A DNA stretch of 64,000 bases from an uncultured bacterium (GTDB lineage: Bacteria > Verrucomicrobiota > Verrucomicrobiia > Limisphaerales > UBA8199), in the NCBI GenBank assembly GCA_963749495.1, contig CAVVMW010000010.1, positions 192,001-256,000 on the forward strand, written 5' to 3'. Under the pieces are notes generated by a model. The model was not told the origin of the DNA. It saw nothing but the letters and a program-made list of their open reading frames with translations, and searched no databases. How positions within the stretch are numbered: position 1 is the first letter of the stretch; each line of letters opens with the position of its first letter. Position numbers and translations under genes: made by a program. Below, piece after piece: positions 52,925 to 64,000 of the stretch.

Positions 52925-53806
52925 TCACCACTTGACCTGTTCGAGAAATCGCAGGCTCTCGGGGATCTGCTTTTCGGACGAGGACGATTCGTCCTCGATG
53001 AAATACCATTTCACTCCCGCCTTTTTCGCCGCGCGCAACACGGCCGGCATGTCGATCTGGCCGGCGCCCAGCGCGACATCGGCCTCGACATCGGGCCAGG
53101 GCGCAGTCGGGCCGGTGGGCGTGCCCTTTTTCATGTCCTTCAAGTGGACCAGCTCCCAGCGTTTGCCGTACTTCTGGAAGAGCTGGACCGGGTCCTGCCC
53201 GGGATAGACGATCCAGAAGATGTCCATCTCATAGCTTACCAGCTTCGGATCGGTCTGGCTGAACAGCAGGTCGAGCAGGGTCTCCTGCCCGTAAGGCTGA
53301 AACTCGAAGCCATGGACGTGGTAATAGAATTTCATGCCGTGCGCGGCCATGACCTGGCCGGCGCGGTTGAAAATGGCGGCGGTTTCGCGGCAGGTCTTTT
53401 CATCGAAAGTCCCCTGGTGGGTGATGTAGGGGCAGCCGACGTATTTGAGGCCCAGGGCCTTGGCCTCGCGCGCCACGGCCTCGGGGTCCTCGCGCAGCCG
53501 GTCCAGTGTGAAGTGCATGCCGATGGGCTTGATGCCGCGCGCGGCCAGCATGGCGATGTATTGCTCGGGCGGGAGTTTGTAGGTGCCGTCCAACTCGGCA
53601 TACCGAAAGCCAAATCGCTGGACTTCATCGAGCGTGCCGGGCACGTCCTTCTTGAATTGTTCGCGCAAGCTATAAAGCTGAAGCCCAAGGGGCCCCTTGA
53701 AGCTCGGGCCGACCCCGACGCCCGCGGCTGCGCCGGCGGACCCGCCGGAGAGCATCAGCGCCAAGGAACCCAGAGTGGAGATGAGAAAGAAAATGCTTGG
53801 TTTCAT
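52925..53806 (-). CDS. Sugar phosphate isomerase/epimerase (TIM barrel)
   Basis: GLQLYSLR, YHVHGFEF, EMDIFW, VHLKD, YFIEDE. Confidence 0.9.
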   Translation of the reverse strand: MKPSIFFLISTLGSLALMLSGGSAGAAAGVGVGPSFKGPLGLQLYSLREQFKKDVPGTLDEVQRFGFRYAELDGTYKLPPEQYIAMLAARGIKPIGMHFTLDRLREDPEAVAREAKALGLKYVGCPYITHQGTFDEKTCRETAAIFNRAGQVMAAHGMKFYYHVHGFEFQPYGQETLLDLLFSQTDPKLVSYEMDIFWIVYPGQDPVQLFQKYGKRWELVHLKDMKKGTPTGPTAPWPDVEADVALGAGQIDMPAVLRAAKKAGVKWYFIEDESSSSEKQIPESLRFLEQVKW

Positions 53807-53860
53807 ACGCGCCAGTTCACCTCAAAGGGCGGTGATAGACAAGCAAAAGGTGGATGCCAG

Positions 53861-54183
53861 CTAAGGGGTCAAGGGTAGCCGCTTCAGCCAAGTCAAGGGA
53901 TCCGAGGAGCTGGGGATCAGCGACCGGAACACCAGAATGTCCCCGGAAACACCGTACAGGACGAAGAATGGGAATGAGGGTAAATTGCGCCTCCGGACCT
54001 CGTTGACGATCTGCGAGCCTGTGTTGAGGCAATGGCCCGCGGAGCCTGGAGAGGCCTTGATTTGCTGGATTGCTTTATCAACCTCGGCGCGGAATCGCCG
54101 CCCAAGCTGAAGAGAGATTTCGCGGTACTGAGCCCGTACCGCTTTATGTCCTGCGGAAACTCCGGGTGGTAGGAAACCCTCAT
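53861..54183 (-). CDS. RelE/ParE family toxin (frameshift near 54130)
   Basis: MRVSYHPEF...LGRRFRAEVDKAIQQI...VRRRNLPSFPFFVLY. Confidence 0.75.
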
Positions 54184-54383
54184 TCCAACGCGCGCTGGAA
54201 CTCGGTCTCGCTCAGTCCGCAAACCCTGCCGGTCAGCACATCTTCGATCCCTTGGACCGCCCTGGCAATCTCGGTTGCGCTCTGCTGTTCGGCAACGACA
54301 CTGGCGACAATGCGCCGGGCCAGATCCAGCCGCTCTGCTTCGGACAATTCCATGACCGCTTCGGCAATTTCGCGCACGCTCAT
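54180..54383 (-). CDS. Addiction-module antitoxin
   Basis: EAVMELSEAERLDLARRI; overlaps toxin start. Confidence 0.75.
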   Translation of the reverse strand: MSVREIAEAVMELSEAERLDLARRIVASVVAEQQSATEIARAVQGIEDVLTGRVCGLSETEFQRALE

Positions 54384-54499
54384 CCTCAGAAACTAGCCTT
54401 GCTGACGAGGCACTGCAAGTCGAATGGGCGCGTTGGGCGCGTTGGGGCGTGCCCTCAGTTTTTGGCACCTCTCATGAATATTGGGCTTGGGCCCGTTGC

Positions 54500-56579
54500 T
54501 CAGGGCGCCGCATCCGCGGTCCAGGCGCGGGGCGTCACCGGGAACATCGAGATGCGGAACTTGGTGCAACCATAGGGCACCAGGCGAACGGTTTCGGAGG
54601 CGGTCCCGGCCACGGGTTTGTCGGGCAGGGCCTGCGCGTCAGTCGGCTGCCAATCAAAGGCGAGGACAGGGGCTTTGATCCGCACCGGCGCATCCAGCGG
54701 CCAGTTCCAGCGGGCAGGCATCGGCTTACGTTCCACGATGAGGCCGGAATCATGCCGGGCGGCTGCGCTGTCCAGGGCGTATTGCCAGCGGGCGTCCTTG
54801 GCGGGCGTGTTTGGGTCCAAATCGGGGATCGGCAAGGCGAAGAGCAGCGGGCCGCAGAGGACGCTGGCGTAGGGCAGGCGCCGCGGCTCGAAGACCGCCG
54901 CGGGCTCGAATTTGAAGTAGCCGCGATTGGCGGCGGGAAACTCCGTCTCGTAGCCGCGCAGGACGCTCGGCGTCATCGGCAATCGCAACTCAACGCTGTC
55001 GCCCCGGGACCATTTCCGCTCCAACCGGACGAAGTGCTTCTCATCGGGCGTCACCTTCAGGCGGGCGCCGTTCACCGAGATCCGCGCGGCGCGGCACCAG
55101 CCGGGAATCCGCAGGTAGAGCGGGAACTTGACCTGGTTCTTCGGTTCGATGGTCATGCGGACGGTCTCGCCGAATGGGTAATCGGTGGCAACCGTAACCG
55201 TGACCGGGACGCCGTCTCCCGCCAGGGCTGAAACCGCGCAGGGCCCATACAGGGCTGCAGCCAGTCCGTTGTCGCGAGTGGCGGACCACATGTTGATGAC
55301 GAAGTTGGGGATGATGCGGTTGAGCGCGCCGACGCAGCAAAGGACATTCGAGCAGCCGAGCGGGGTAAATCGGGTGTTCGGGCGGGCCCGGACAATTCGG
55401 TTGCTCACACGGCAGCGAATCCGAGCGCAGCCGGTTCGGAGACTGGTAGTAGCACATGGTTTGGAAATCGCGGGCCACCGGTCCGGCGCCCGCATTGTAG
55501 AAGGCGCGCTCCATGCGGTCCCCCCAATCGCCGCTGCCCTGGATGCGGTACATCCAGGCCGCGGACAACAGCATGGCCGTGACATCGCACGTCTCGGTCT
55601 TGCGGAAGGCGCCGACGCCCGAGGCGAACTCCTCGCCGGAGGCCACGCCGTAAGGCAGCAGGTGGCGTTGGTCGAGCCACTGGAACGCATTGGCCGTGGC
55701 CTGGAGCAGGTGCGGGTCGCCCGTCCATGGATAGACCAGGCCAGGGAGGCGGATGTTCTCGTAGAAGATGACCATGTGACCCGGAGCCAGGCGGCCTTCC
55801 GACCAGGATTGGAAGGCCCTGGCCGGGTCCGGCTGCGCGATGGCTTGCAGGGCGCGGTCGAGGATGCGCCGGTCGCCGCTGAACGAGTAGGTCTCCAACA
55901 TCGGGTCCAGGTTGCACAGGCCGCTCACGTCGCCAAAGTCCAGGCGCGGGCCGCCCATGTTCGCAGGGTAATCGGCATAGACCTTCACCAGCGCCTCCAG
56001 GACGCGCGGCTCGCGGGTGGCGTCATAGAGCGCCACCAGCGCGCGGCCCATCTGCGAATGCGCCCAACCGTCGAACCCCTGGGGTTTGTAGCCCTTCTTC
56101 CAGTAGATGAACGAAGTGCCGAAGGGGGCCTTGGCCACGCCCTCGACGACGGGATCGAGGCGCGCCCGGATTTTCCTGACGAGCGCCTCGTCGTGCAGCA
56201 CCAGGCCCAGCCGGAGGGCGCCGTCCAGCCAGTAGGCGGACTGCTCGATGGGCCAACCGGTGCCGTCGGCGGCCGCGCCCGGCGCCTGCACGGGGATGCC
56301 TTTCCAGCCGTCGGCGAAGGTCGGGTGCCGTTCGTCCAAGTGCCCGGTAATCCCCTCGCGCGCGGCTTGCGCCCAGTCCCGCAGCCAGCCCGCGGGCTGG
56401 ACCGTGCCCGGGGGCAAAGGCAGAAACGCCGTTTTCACGGCCGGCTCGGCCGCCCGCTCGTAGTTGGCCGCCCGGAGTCCTTCTGCCGGGCTGGCGTGCG
56501 AACTTGCGGGGAAGACGGGCGCGGTCTGGGACAGAAGGACGATCAGGGTCCCAAGCGTTAGGGAGGGACGCACGCGCAT
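54500..56579 (-). CDS. GH127-like beta-L-arabinofuranosidase (frameshift near 55385)
   Basis: PAGWLRD, YWLDG, ETCDV, MERAFYNA, CCVG, TDYPF, LRIPGW, LVPYG. Confidence 0.85.
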
Positions 56580-56673
56580 GCTCAGACGCTAGCCGAGGCG
56601 TCGGGGCCCTGCAAGCCGAATGGGCGCGGCAACCGCATTGACAGCCCGGGCCGGGTCTCCTACGTTTGCCTGG

Positions 56674-56898
56674 ATGAGCGCAGTCATTGCTGCACCTGTG
56701 GATTGGGTCGAGTCGGTCGGCAACCTGCGGTTGCCCTCGAAAGCGGACCGTCGCCTGCAGGAATTGATGGACCGCAATAACGAAGGGCTTCTGGGCGCGA
56801 CCGAGCGCGAAGAATTCGAAGCCCTGGCGGAGTTGAGCGAACTGCTGTCTCTGGTGCGGGCTGAGGCATTGCAGATTCTGGGCAAGCAGCCCGAATGA
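56674..56898 (+). CDS. Small antitoxin-like hypothetical protein (partner gene apparently lost)
   Basis: RRLQELMDRNNEGLL..EREEFEAL; ends in ATGA. Confidence 0.6.
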   Translation: MSAVIAAPVDWVESVGNLRLPSKADRRLQELMDRNNEGLLGATEREEFEALAELSELLSLVRAEALQILGKQPE

Positions 56899-57081
56899 GC
56901 CTCCCCCAGAATGCCGAGTGGATCGCTGCGGGCCTGCCGTTCCGAGCCGCTGCCCGAGAGCGCAGTGACAGGCACGCCTTGTTCCCGGCCCGAAGGGCCG
57001 CGGCAGGCCGGACCCCGGTTTTTGGAGCCCAGTGATCGCGCACGCAGGATGCTAATGAACCTCCGTCTGGTTAGCATCCGC

Positions 57082-59612
57082 TCACTCAAAGACCTCGAGT
57101 TCGCGGATGGCGTGGCCCCATTGGGTGGCGCGCTTGAGGCAGGAGATGCGGACATGCCGTGCTTCCGCCGGGGCGAAACGGATCTCACTCATGCCGCCTT
57201 TGCCGTTTTCTTCCTTGAAGACATCGGTCCAGTTCTGCCCGTCGGGCGAGACTTGGACGGCAAAGACTTTCGAGTAGGCGTTCTCCCAGGTAATGCGGAC
57301 GTGGCTGACCTTGCACAGGGCGCCCAGGTCCACCGCGAGCCACGCGGGGTCGGCGAAGGTGGAGGACCAGTAGGTCGCCGGGTCGCCATCCACGGCATTG
57401 GCGGGCAGGTGCTGCTCGGCGAAAGAGGATGAGGCGGAGGCGGGTTTCTGATAGGCCAGTCCGAAGGCGCGGGGGTCAACAAGCTGCAAGTCGCGCACGC
57501 TGCGGACGGGTTGGCCATCCAGGCCGCGCAACTCCGCTTCGAGGGTGTATGGGCCGAGCGGTTCGGGCCAGGTCACCTGGAAGTCCAGCGTTGCCCGGCC
57601 CAGGGGGTCGAGGCTCGCCGCACGGTTGACCTCGAAGATCGAGGCATCGTCTCCGGCCTTGCGCAGCCGGAGCGTGACCGGGCCGCTCCAGGGCTGGTCA
57701 AGGTCGTTGATGAGGATGACTGGAACGCGGGACCGGGTTCTGGTGAACGAGCTTGTCCTTCCAGAAATCCACGGCCAGACCAACGGGCGCGAAGGCCTCG
57801 CGCACATAACGGTGAAACTCCGGTTCCCATTCGAGCTTCTCGACGCCGCCCAGCGTCCAATGGTCGCAGGTCTGCCCATCAGGACGGGAGTAGCCAAGCA
57901 TCGTGAAGTGGACCACCGCGGCGGCTTTGCGATGAGCGCGCCAGAATTCGGTGTCGGCCGCCAGCCAGGTGGCCTGCATGTGGAAGCGCTGGGCGGGGGT
58001 GGCGTTTTCCCCCAGGACCGCGCGGTAGATGTCGCGCGTGAGGGTGGTGGGGTTGCCGTCGCGGTTGACCCAGTGCCAGCCGTATTCGTTGATGACGACC
58101 GCGTGTGTGCCGTCGTTGTGGACCTGGTTTCCCTGCGGGACCGGATCGGCGGAGGCCAGGCTCGACAGCCGGAAGCCCGGATTGAAGTGGTAGGGGTGAG
58201 ACTCGAACATGTCGCCCGGGTCCATCGGCGCCGTGTAGCTGTTGTCCCATGGGCGATGGGAGAGGTCGAGGCCGCGCACTGTGCGGATGGCCGGGACGGT
58301 TTCGGGGCTGGCGGTTTCGTTGTTGGCGTCCCACACGACGACGCAGGGGTGGTTCCAACGCTCGCGCATCCACTCGGCGTATTCGAGGGCCAATTCATCA
58401 CTCTTCAACTCCTTGGGCCAGGTGCTCCAGCCCGAGCCGCCATACCAGATCGGGAACTCGTCCTGGATGAGGACACCCGTCTCGTCGGCGATGTCGTACC
58501 AGGCCTCGGGGGCCAAACCGATGCAGTAGCGCAGCCAGTCCCAGTGCATTTCCTTGACCCGCTCGTGGAGCCGCCGCACCCAGTCCCGCCGCCACGGCAA
58601 GTCTTTGCACTCGCTGTCCTCGAAAAACCGGTAGAGCGTGATGTTGCTGCCGCGGATGTAATACGGCCTGCCGTTGAGCACCGCGCGCCCCGTCGCCGGG
58701 TCAAACCGGAACTCCCGCATCCCGAAGCGGGTCTGGAAGCGGTCTGCGGCGGTGTCGGCCTCGAGTGTGTAGAGGAACGGGTCCTGGGGCGACCAGAGGT
58801 GGCAGCCGGCGATGGGGATGCGCACGTCCACGGTGGTCTCGGCGCCCTGGGCCAGGCTGGTGGCCTCCGCAGCCAGGCGCCCGGCCTCGCGCCCCGATTT
58901 GGCCTCGCGCACCACGAACGTGACCGCCGCGCGGGCGGCCTCCCCATCGTTGTGCAGCACTGCCTGCACGCGCACCGTCCCGGAGGCGATCTCCGGCGCC
59001 GCCTGTACCTGCGTGAAATGCGGCGTGCCCGATAGGATCAACTCCACGGAATCGAAGATGCCGGGGATGTACCGCTCCTTCTCGTAGTCGAACCCGTTGG
59101 GAATGCCCGGCCCCACGGCATCGCGATCCGCGCCGACGCGGATGAGCAACTCGTTCTCGCCGACTTTCAGGGCGGATTTCGCTTTGAAATAGCCGGGCGT
59201 GAAGCAGGGCAAATGGTCGCCGAGGGCCTGTCCATTGAGGATGACGCGGGTGCCGAACATGGCCTTGTGGACCTTGAGCGAGGCCACTGCGGGCGGCGGC
59301 TGCTCGAGCCGGAACGCGCGCCGGTACCAGAACGCGTCCCGCTTGGGGTCTTTCTGCGGGACTTTGCCGCGCTCGGCGACCTTCGGCCCCGGCGGGTCGG
59401 CAAAGGCGGGCGTGGCCAATGACACCAGCCCCGGCACCGGCACGGCGCGGTCGAAGCTGGCAGGGATCTGATCCATCTTCCCCTCGGCGATCTGCCAGGT
59501 GCCCGTCGAGTGAAAGGACGCGGCGGGGCGGTTCCGTGGCGCCGTTCATGGTTTGCAATCCGAGGCACAGGAGCGCCGCGGCCGCAGTGATCGGAAGGTG
59601 TCGTGTCATCAT
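57082..59612 (-). CDS. GH2 family glycoside hydrolase with C-terminal F5/8 type C (CBM32-like) domain (frameshifts near 59505 and 57740)
   Basis: LSLDG.W, WYRR, LWSP.DPFLY, RFGMREF, NHPCVVVWDANNE, INEYG; NAVDGD..TYWSS..WL.VDLG. Confidence 0.85.
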
Positions 59613-59975
59613 AGCGGACATGCCTTCCAGAGTATCCGGGCCTGTGTGGAGTGTCGAGCGTCGAGTGCTCACCACGCGCCACGAGGGGTGCATCTCGCCG
59701 GTACCACCCCAGGAGAGGGAACCGCGGGGCACCGCTCAGCAGCCCGAAGGGCTTATTATCACTCAGGGCGGGGTTGCGCGGGACGCGCTACCCTGGGTAG
59801 GAGTCCGGCACGACCCGCAACCCTGAGAGATTTCCCCCAAACGGAATTTGGCGCATTGAGCCCCCGAACCTCGTGGGTTTGTGCAAGTACTTCGCCAGCA
59901 ATGGATTGCGCAGTAACTCCCCTTGGAGGTTCCTGGAGAGCCTCGACGATGTTGACATCATGCATGGGGACCATG

Positions 59976-60092
59976 AACCGGAAGGGGGTCGCCCAACGCG
60001 AAGCGTTTTGGACTGCCGCAGTCCTCTGGCGCTTTTTCGACCCCAGCGCGCACGAAAGCGCCAGAGGACTGCGGCAGTCCAAAACCTTCGGG
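59976..60092. repeat. REP-like element (TTTTGGACTGC..GCAGTCCAAAA family)
   Basis: Nested palindromes; matches 17297-17357. Confidence 0.75.
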
Positions 60093-60294
60093 CTTGGCGA
60101 CTGTTCATGGAGAGGGTTGCAGCGAGCTGCGGCGCCCCTTTCCTTTCCGGCTTAGGATTCGCCAGGAGGTTGCCCTCCAGCTTGGAGCATCGCCTCAACC
60201 AGTTGCTCGGGTGTCCACTGGTTGCCTGGCAAGATATTGCGAATCCGGCCGCGCGGATCAACCTATGGAAACAAAAGTCCGTTGGATCGGTGCG

Positions 60295-62079
60295 TCAGGC
60301 GGCTTTCTGAAATAGGCGGCAGATGGCCTCGGGGAAGGCGGGGAGTGCGATCAGTTGCCGGATTTGCGGAGGTACTTTCTCCAAGGAGCCTTGAACCGCC
60401 CGCAGTTCTTCGCGAACGGTTTGAGCGTCGATCTGGGCAAAGCGTTCTTCGAGGGTAGCCTGGCCGTTGAGCAGGATTTTGAGGCAGCCAGGATTTTCCA
60501 GATTTCGGACCAATGGGGTGTCGGCGATCATGCTTTGGAGCAAGCGGCTGATCGAGTTGTGCCCGCTTCTGCGGCGAGCTCCTCGCCGAAAATCGCGGAA
60601 GAACCGCTCCATAAGGTTGTTGGTGCGCTGGGGTTGGAGGCGCCGTGTTCCGCTGGGGGTCCTCACCGTGATCGGATCGGCAAAGAGCTTGTCTTTATAC
60701 TTGTTGATCTGCCCGATGAGGGCCTGCCAGTGGGGGGTGGAAGGGTAATCGGCACGGGAGGTAATCTCCTGGTGGAAGTGCTCGACCGCCTTTTCAATCG
60801 GGCCCATAGCCATCGGGCGGCTGCCAGAGTTGAGACCAGCGGCTCCGCCGGCTTCGGCAATACGCATCGCGCTACGCAGTCGGTCGAACACCGCGATCTT
60901 GAGGTTGATGGCGGTGAGCATTCTTTGCAGGCCCTCATCGGCGTAGATTCCTTTGAGTTCACAGGACAGCTTGAATAGCGGTTTGTTGTCCGCCCATTGG
61001 CCGCGGAGGTGAACGTCCTTGATTTGTTCCAAGCCCTGCCCCAGAGCCCGCAGGCGCTTGGCAAACTGCACGTGAGGCCGATCAAAGGGGAACCCGTAGC
61101 CCTGGCCGTCGGTTTTACCCTCCAGTGCCCACTGGATCAGAGCGTAGGCACAGAGCAGCGGAAAGACCTCCAGCTTCTCGCTCGGCAGACAGTGGCCCTG
61201 CACATCCTGACAGAAGCTCTCGACCAAGCCGGGCTGCTCATCGATGGCAGCTTTGAACCGGCGAGCGTAATAGAGCAGCTTTTCGGTCAGGCCATGCTTG
61301 CGCAGGCGCTGCCGGATAGCGTCATAGTCGGCCTCCAGGAGATCCTTGCCGGCATCGCGCAGAAAATGAAAATGACAGACAAAGTCCGGCACGCCGGGAA
61401 ACACCCTCTGGACTGCCGCCAGGATGCCGTGGCCCATGTCATGGACGGCCGCCACCGGCACCCCAAAGCGGCGCTTGATCTCCTGCAGGAACGGGACAAT
61501 CTGCTCGGTCTTTTCCGAGGGCACCTTCACATTGCCCAGCACGATTTCCGAGAGCGAATCCAGGCTGCTCATCAACATCGGCCCGCCCCCTTCACCGGTG
61601 CCATCCAGATGGAGAATGTAACCGCCTTGGGCGCGCATGGCTTGCTTGAGGGGTGGCGCCGACTGCCGGTGCGCCAGGGCGAGGTAGACGACGAACTTTC
61701 TTCCCAGATAGCCGACTTCACTGGGACTGAGCCGAACCTGGTGCGCTTGCAATTCCTCGATGATTTGCTCGGCCCGGCGCTGGTGCAAGAAAAGCGCCTG
61801 GCCGACGAAGACCAGCACATCGTACCCAAAGGTGCAGCCCGAGGGCACCAGTTGACTGAGAGACTCGGCGCCATAGAGGGTGTCGTTGGGGCAGTGCTCG
61901 CAGTGCAGGAGGGTTTCGTGCGCGCTAAAGCAGCCCAGCGGCAGGGTCTGAACCCTTCGGCGCTGGGTTTTGTAAACCTGGAGCGGCGCCCGACAGTCGG
62001 GGCAATCGGTTTGGGCGGGCCGAAAGGGCACGGTAGGCCGTTGCGCGAACAGACAGGCCGGGGAACTCTCTCTCGCCAA
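60295..62079 (-). CDS. Large DDE-like transposase
   Basis: CxxC zinc motifs, YILHLDGT, VHDMG, CHFHFLRD, RTNNLMERFFR. Confidence 0.8.
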   Translation of the reverse strand: MARESSPACLFAQRPTVPFRPAQTDCPDCRAPLQVYKTQRRRVQTLPLGCFSAHETLLHCEHCPNDTLYGAESLSQLVPSGCTFGYDVLVFVGQALFLHQRRAEQIIEELQAHQVRLSPSEVGYLGRKFVVYLALAHRQSAPPLKQAMRAQGGYILHLDGTGEGGGPMLMSSLDSLSEIVLGNVKVPSEKTEQIVPFLQEIKRRFGVPVAAVHDMGHGILAAVQRVFPGVPDFVCHFHFLRDAGKDLLEADYDAIRQRLRKHGLTEKLLYYARRFKAAIDEQPGLVESFCQDVQGHCLPSEKLEVFPLLCAYALIQWALEGKTDGQGYGFPFDRPHVQFAKRLRALGQGLEQIKDVHLRGQWADNKPLFKLSCELKGIYADEGLQRMLTAINLKIAVFDRLRSAMRIAEAGGAAGLNSGSRPMAMGPIEKAVEHFHQEITSRADYPSTPHWQALIGQINKYKDKLFADPITVRTPSGTRRLQPQRTNNLMERFFRDFRRGARRRSGHNSISRLLQSMIADTPLVRNLENPGCLKILLNGQATLEERFAQIDAQTVREELRAVQGSLEKVPPQIRQLIALPAFPEAICRLFQKAA

Positions 62080-62114
62080 CTTCTCCTGGTAACTCCGGAA
62101 GGTGGCCAGCGTAT

Positions 62115-62783
62115 TCAGTTGGGTGCCTGGGGCGTTTTTTTTAGACCGTGTTCCTGGAAGAAGCGCTGGATGCTCTCGGGAGCCACGGCGAGGTTACGTT
62201 GCTCTCGGAGCCGGGTGGCGATCTGCTCGAAGCTCAGTGCGGGCTCCTTGATGTATTCCACCAAGACCCAGAGGGCGGTTTGCGTGCTCAGCGCGGCCGT
62301 GGGGCTGGTGGCTTGCGCGAAGGCGGCTTGCTCGCGCTGCTGGCGATTGAGGTGCGGGTCGGCCGCCAGGTAGCGAAACTGGCCTGAGAGCCGGAGACGA
62401 TCCAATCGGCCCGCCTTGTGCAGTTGGCTCAAAACGGCGTGACAGGGGTGTTGCAACTTCCCGGTCAGTTCGCTGGCGGACAGTCCGGCGGGGCTGCCTC
62501 CGACCAGGTGATCAATGGTGGCGGTGAGACTGCCGTGTTTGGAAAAGCCGATCCCTCTGTAGTGCCACAGGCCATCTCGGTCAAAGTCTGGGGAATCGCG
62601 CAGAGTGTACCACTTGCCGTTCTGGGTGTAACTCCTGAAGTAGCCGACCTGCTTGAGGAAGCGGCGCACCGAGATCAGGGCGTAGCCGAGAGCCTCGGCG
62701 AGTTGGTCGAGCATCCAGCACTTGCGGCGGTGGAACAATTTTTCCAGGCGCTCGGTCGCGGGCCGTGGAGGCGTCATAGGCAA
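62115..62783 (-). CDS. Transposase-associated HTH protein (ORF A of a two-gene IS)
   Basis: SVRRFLK..YFRSYTQNGKWYTL..FDRDGLW..FSKHGSL; directly upstream of the transposase. Confidence 0.7.
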   Translation of the reverse strand: MPMTPPRPATERLEKLFHRRKCWMLDQLAEALGYALISVRRFLKQVGYFRSYTQNGKWYTLRDSPDFDRDGLWHYRGIGFSKHGSLTATIDHLVGGSPAGLSASELTGKLQHPCHAVLSQLHKAGRLDRLRLSGQFRYLAADPHLNRQQREQAAFAQATSPTAALSTQTALWVLVEYIKEPALSFEQIATRLREQRNLAVAPESIQRFFQEHGLKKTPQAPN

Positions 62784-63280
62784 ATGATATAGTGTTAAAC
62801 TATCCGTCAGATATTTAATACTGTATCATGGGCTGGGGGCTTGTCAACGCCTTGGCTCGCTCGGCCCGTCCAACGCAGCGCACCGCTTAAGCCACGCCGG
62901 GAGAAGGGCTTACGACTACCAGACCTTCAAAGCTGAAAAACCAGATAGGGCCACCGATGGGACAAAATGATCGAGTATGAAAGTCTGCGGTCGCTGTAAG
63001 TGCCTGCCCACCAACGACGCAACCGAGCTTTGCGATCATAGTAGCTTTCTTTGCTCCGTCTGGCGGCTCAGAATCGTTCCGCTGCCCATCGGCTATCATC
63101 TGCTGCCCCTACGGGGCAGGGAAGTGCGCGCCCCGCGCGGAGGAGAGGATTATTGGGGGACGGTGTCCGGATGCGCCCTTCCATCACGGCTCTGCCAACT
63201 ATGCCTTTCATACCTCGTTGGCTTCTGGTAAGGTGGCCTGAAATGAAAACCACAAGGTCCAATCGAAAGGGAAAAGCCCT

Positions 63281-64000
63281 ATGAGCAATGACATTAGTGC
63301 GACACTCACGCGGCGTCGGTTTCTGACACGGGGAGCGATGGCGGCAAGCGCAGTGGCGTTGCCGTGTTTTATCCCGGCCTCGGCGCTGGGTCGCGGAGGA
63401 ACTGTTGCGCCCAGCGAACGCATCGTGATGGGCGGCATTGGACTCGGCGGCCGCGGTTCCTACGATTTGGGTTCGATGTTGGCCGAGCCGGATGTGCAGT
63501 GGGTCGCCGTCTGTGATGTGCTGAAAAGCCGGCGCGAAGCGGCCAAAAACGTCGTCGATGGCAAATACGGCAATAAAGATTGCGCTGTGTATGGCGATCT
63601 GCGCCAGCTCCTGGCCGAGCGGACGGATGTGGATGCCGTGTTGATTGCCACCGGCGACCGCTGGCATGCGCTGGCTTCGATTATGGCGATGCGGGCGGGC
63701 AAGGATGTCTATTGTGAAAAACCGGCCTGTCTCACGATGGCGCAGGGGCGGATGGTCGTAGAGACCGCTCGCCGGTATGGAAGGGTTTATCAAACGGGCG
63801 CCCAGCGTCTGAGCGAGCCGAATCATGTGTTTGCCATCGAAATGGCCCGATCCGGCCGGTTGGGCCAAATTCACACCGCTTACGCCGACATCCGGTGGCG
63901 CGACGGGATGCGGCACGACTGGTTGCCGGCAGAACCCGAACCTTCCAGGGATGAACTGGATTGGGATGTTTGGCTCGGTCCCTGTCCCTGGCGGCCCTAC
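63281..64000 (+). CDS. Tat-exported Gfo/Idh/MocA oxidoreductase (runs off window)
   Basis: TRRRFL, APSERIVMGGIGLGGRG, DVDAVLIATGDRWH, GKDVYCEKP. Confidence 0.92.
   Translation, partial: MSNDISATLTRRRFLTRGAMAASAVALPCFIPASALGRGGTVAPSERIVMGGIGLGGRGSYDLGSMLAEPDVQWVAVCDVLKSRREAAKNVVDGKYGNKDCAVYGDLRQLLAERTDVDAVLIATGDRWHALASIMAMRAGKDVYCEKPACLTMAQGRMVVETARRYGRVYQTGAQRLSEPNHVFAIEMARSGRLGQIHTAYADIRWRDGMRHDWLPAEPEPSRDELDWDVWLGPCPWRPY

Noticed and set aside
3100..59520. About 14 frameshifted genes as true pseudogenes or programmed frameshifts
   Set aside because: Those examined are single extra bases in short homopolymers within otherwise intact genes, typical of long-read error; polishing is needed to confirm

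Overview
GC-rich bacterial DNA. The gene repertoire (prepilin-type H-X9-DG proteins, LamG/PA14 secreted proteins with a C-terminal FYRL motif, many glycoside hydrolases, beta-propeller sensor kinase) suggests Verrucomicrobiota; this is an inference. The left half holds housekeeping genes (manA, accA, pgl, zwf), an ABC-ATPase + HNH (Septu/PtuAB-like) defence pair, NarL-type regulators next to large secreted proteins, and many palindromic or inverted short tandem repeats and MITE-like elements. The right half is an accessory zone. It has two tRNA half-genes (att-like remnants of tRNA-Arg and tRNA-Leu(CAA)), an ISAs1 element with a 10-bp target duplication, TA modules, CAZymes and a second two-ORF transposon. 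The most notable item is a decayed pipolin-like element starting at the tRNA-Leu half. It carries a primer-independent PolB (piPolB)-type polymerase that lacks its N-terminal exonuclease motifs, plus a cargo of zinc-ribbon/SHOCT membrane proteins, a Lar-like protein and a DnaB-like fragment. A second unusual feature is a nested inverted pair of heptamer arrays enclosing the start and 5' part of pgl, with one arm translated in-frame inside the enzyme. About 14 genes carry single-base frameshifts, which most likely reflect long-read sequencing error. All calls come from reading motifs by eye; no database search was run.
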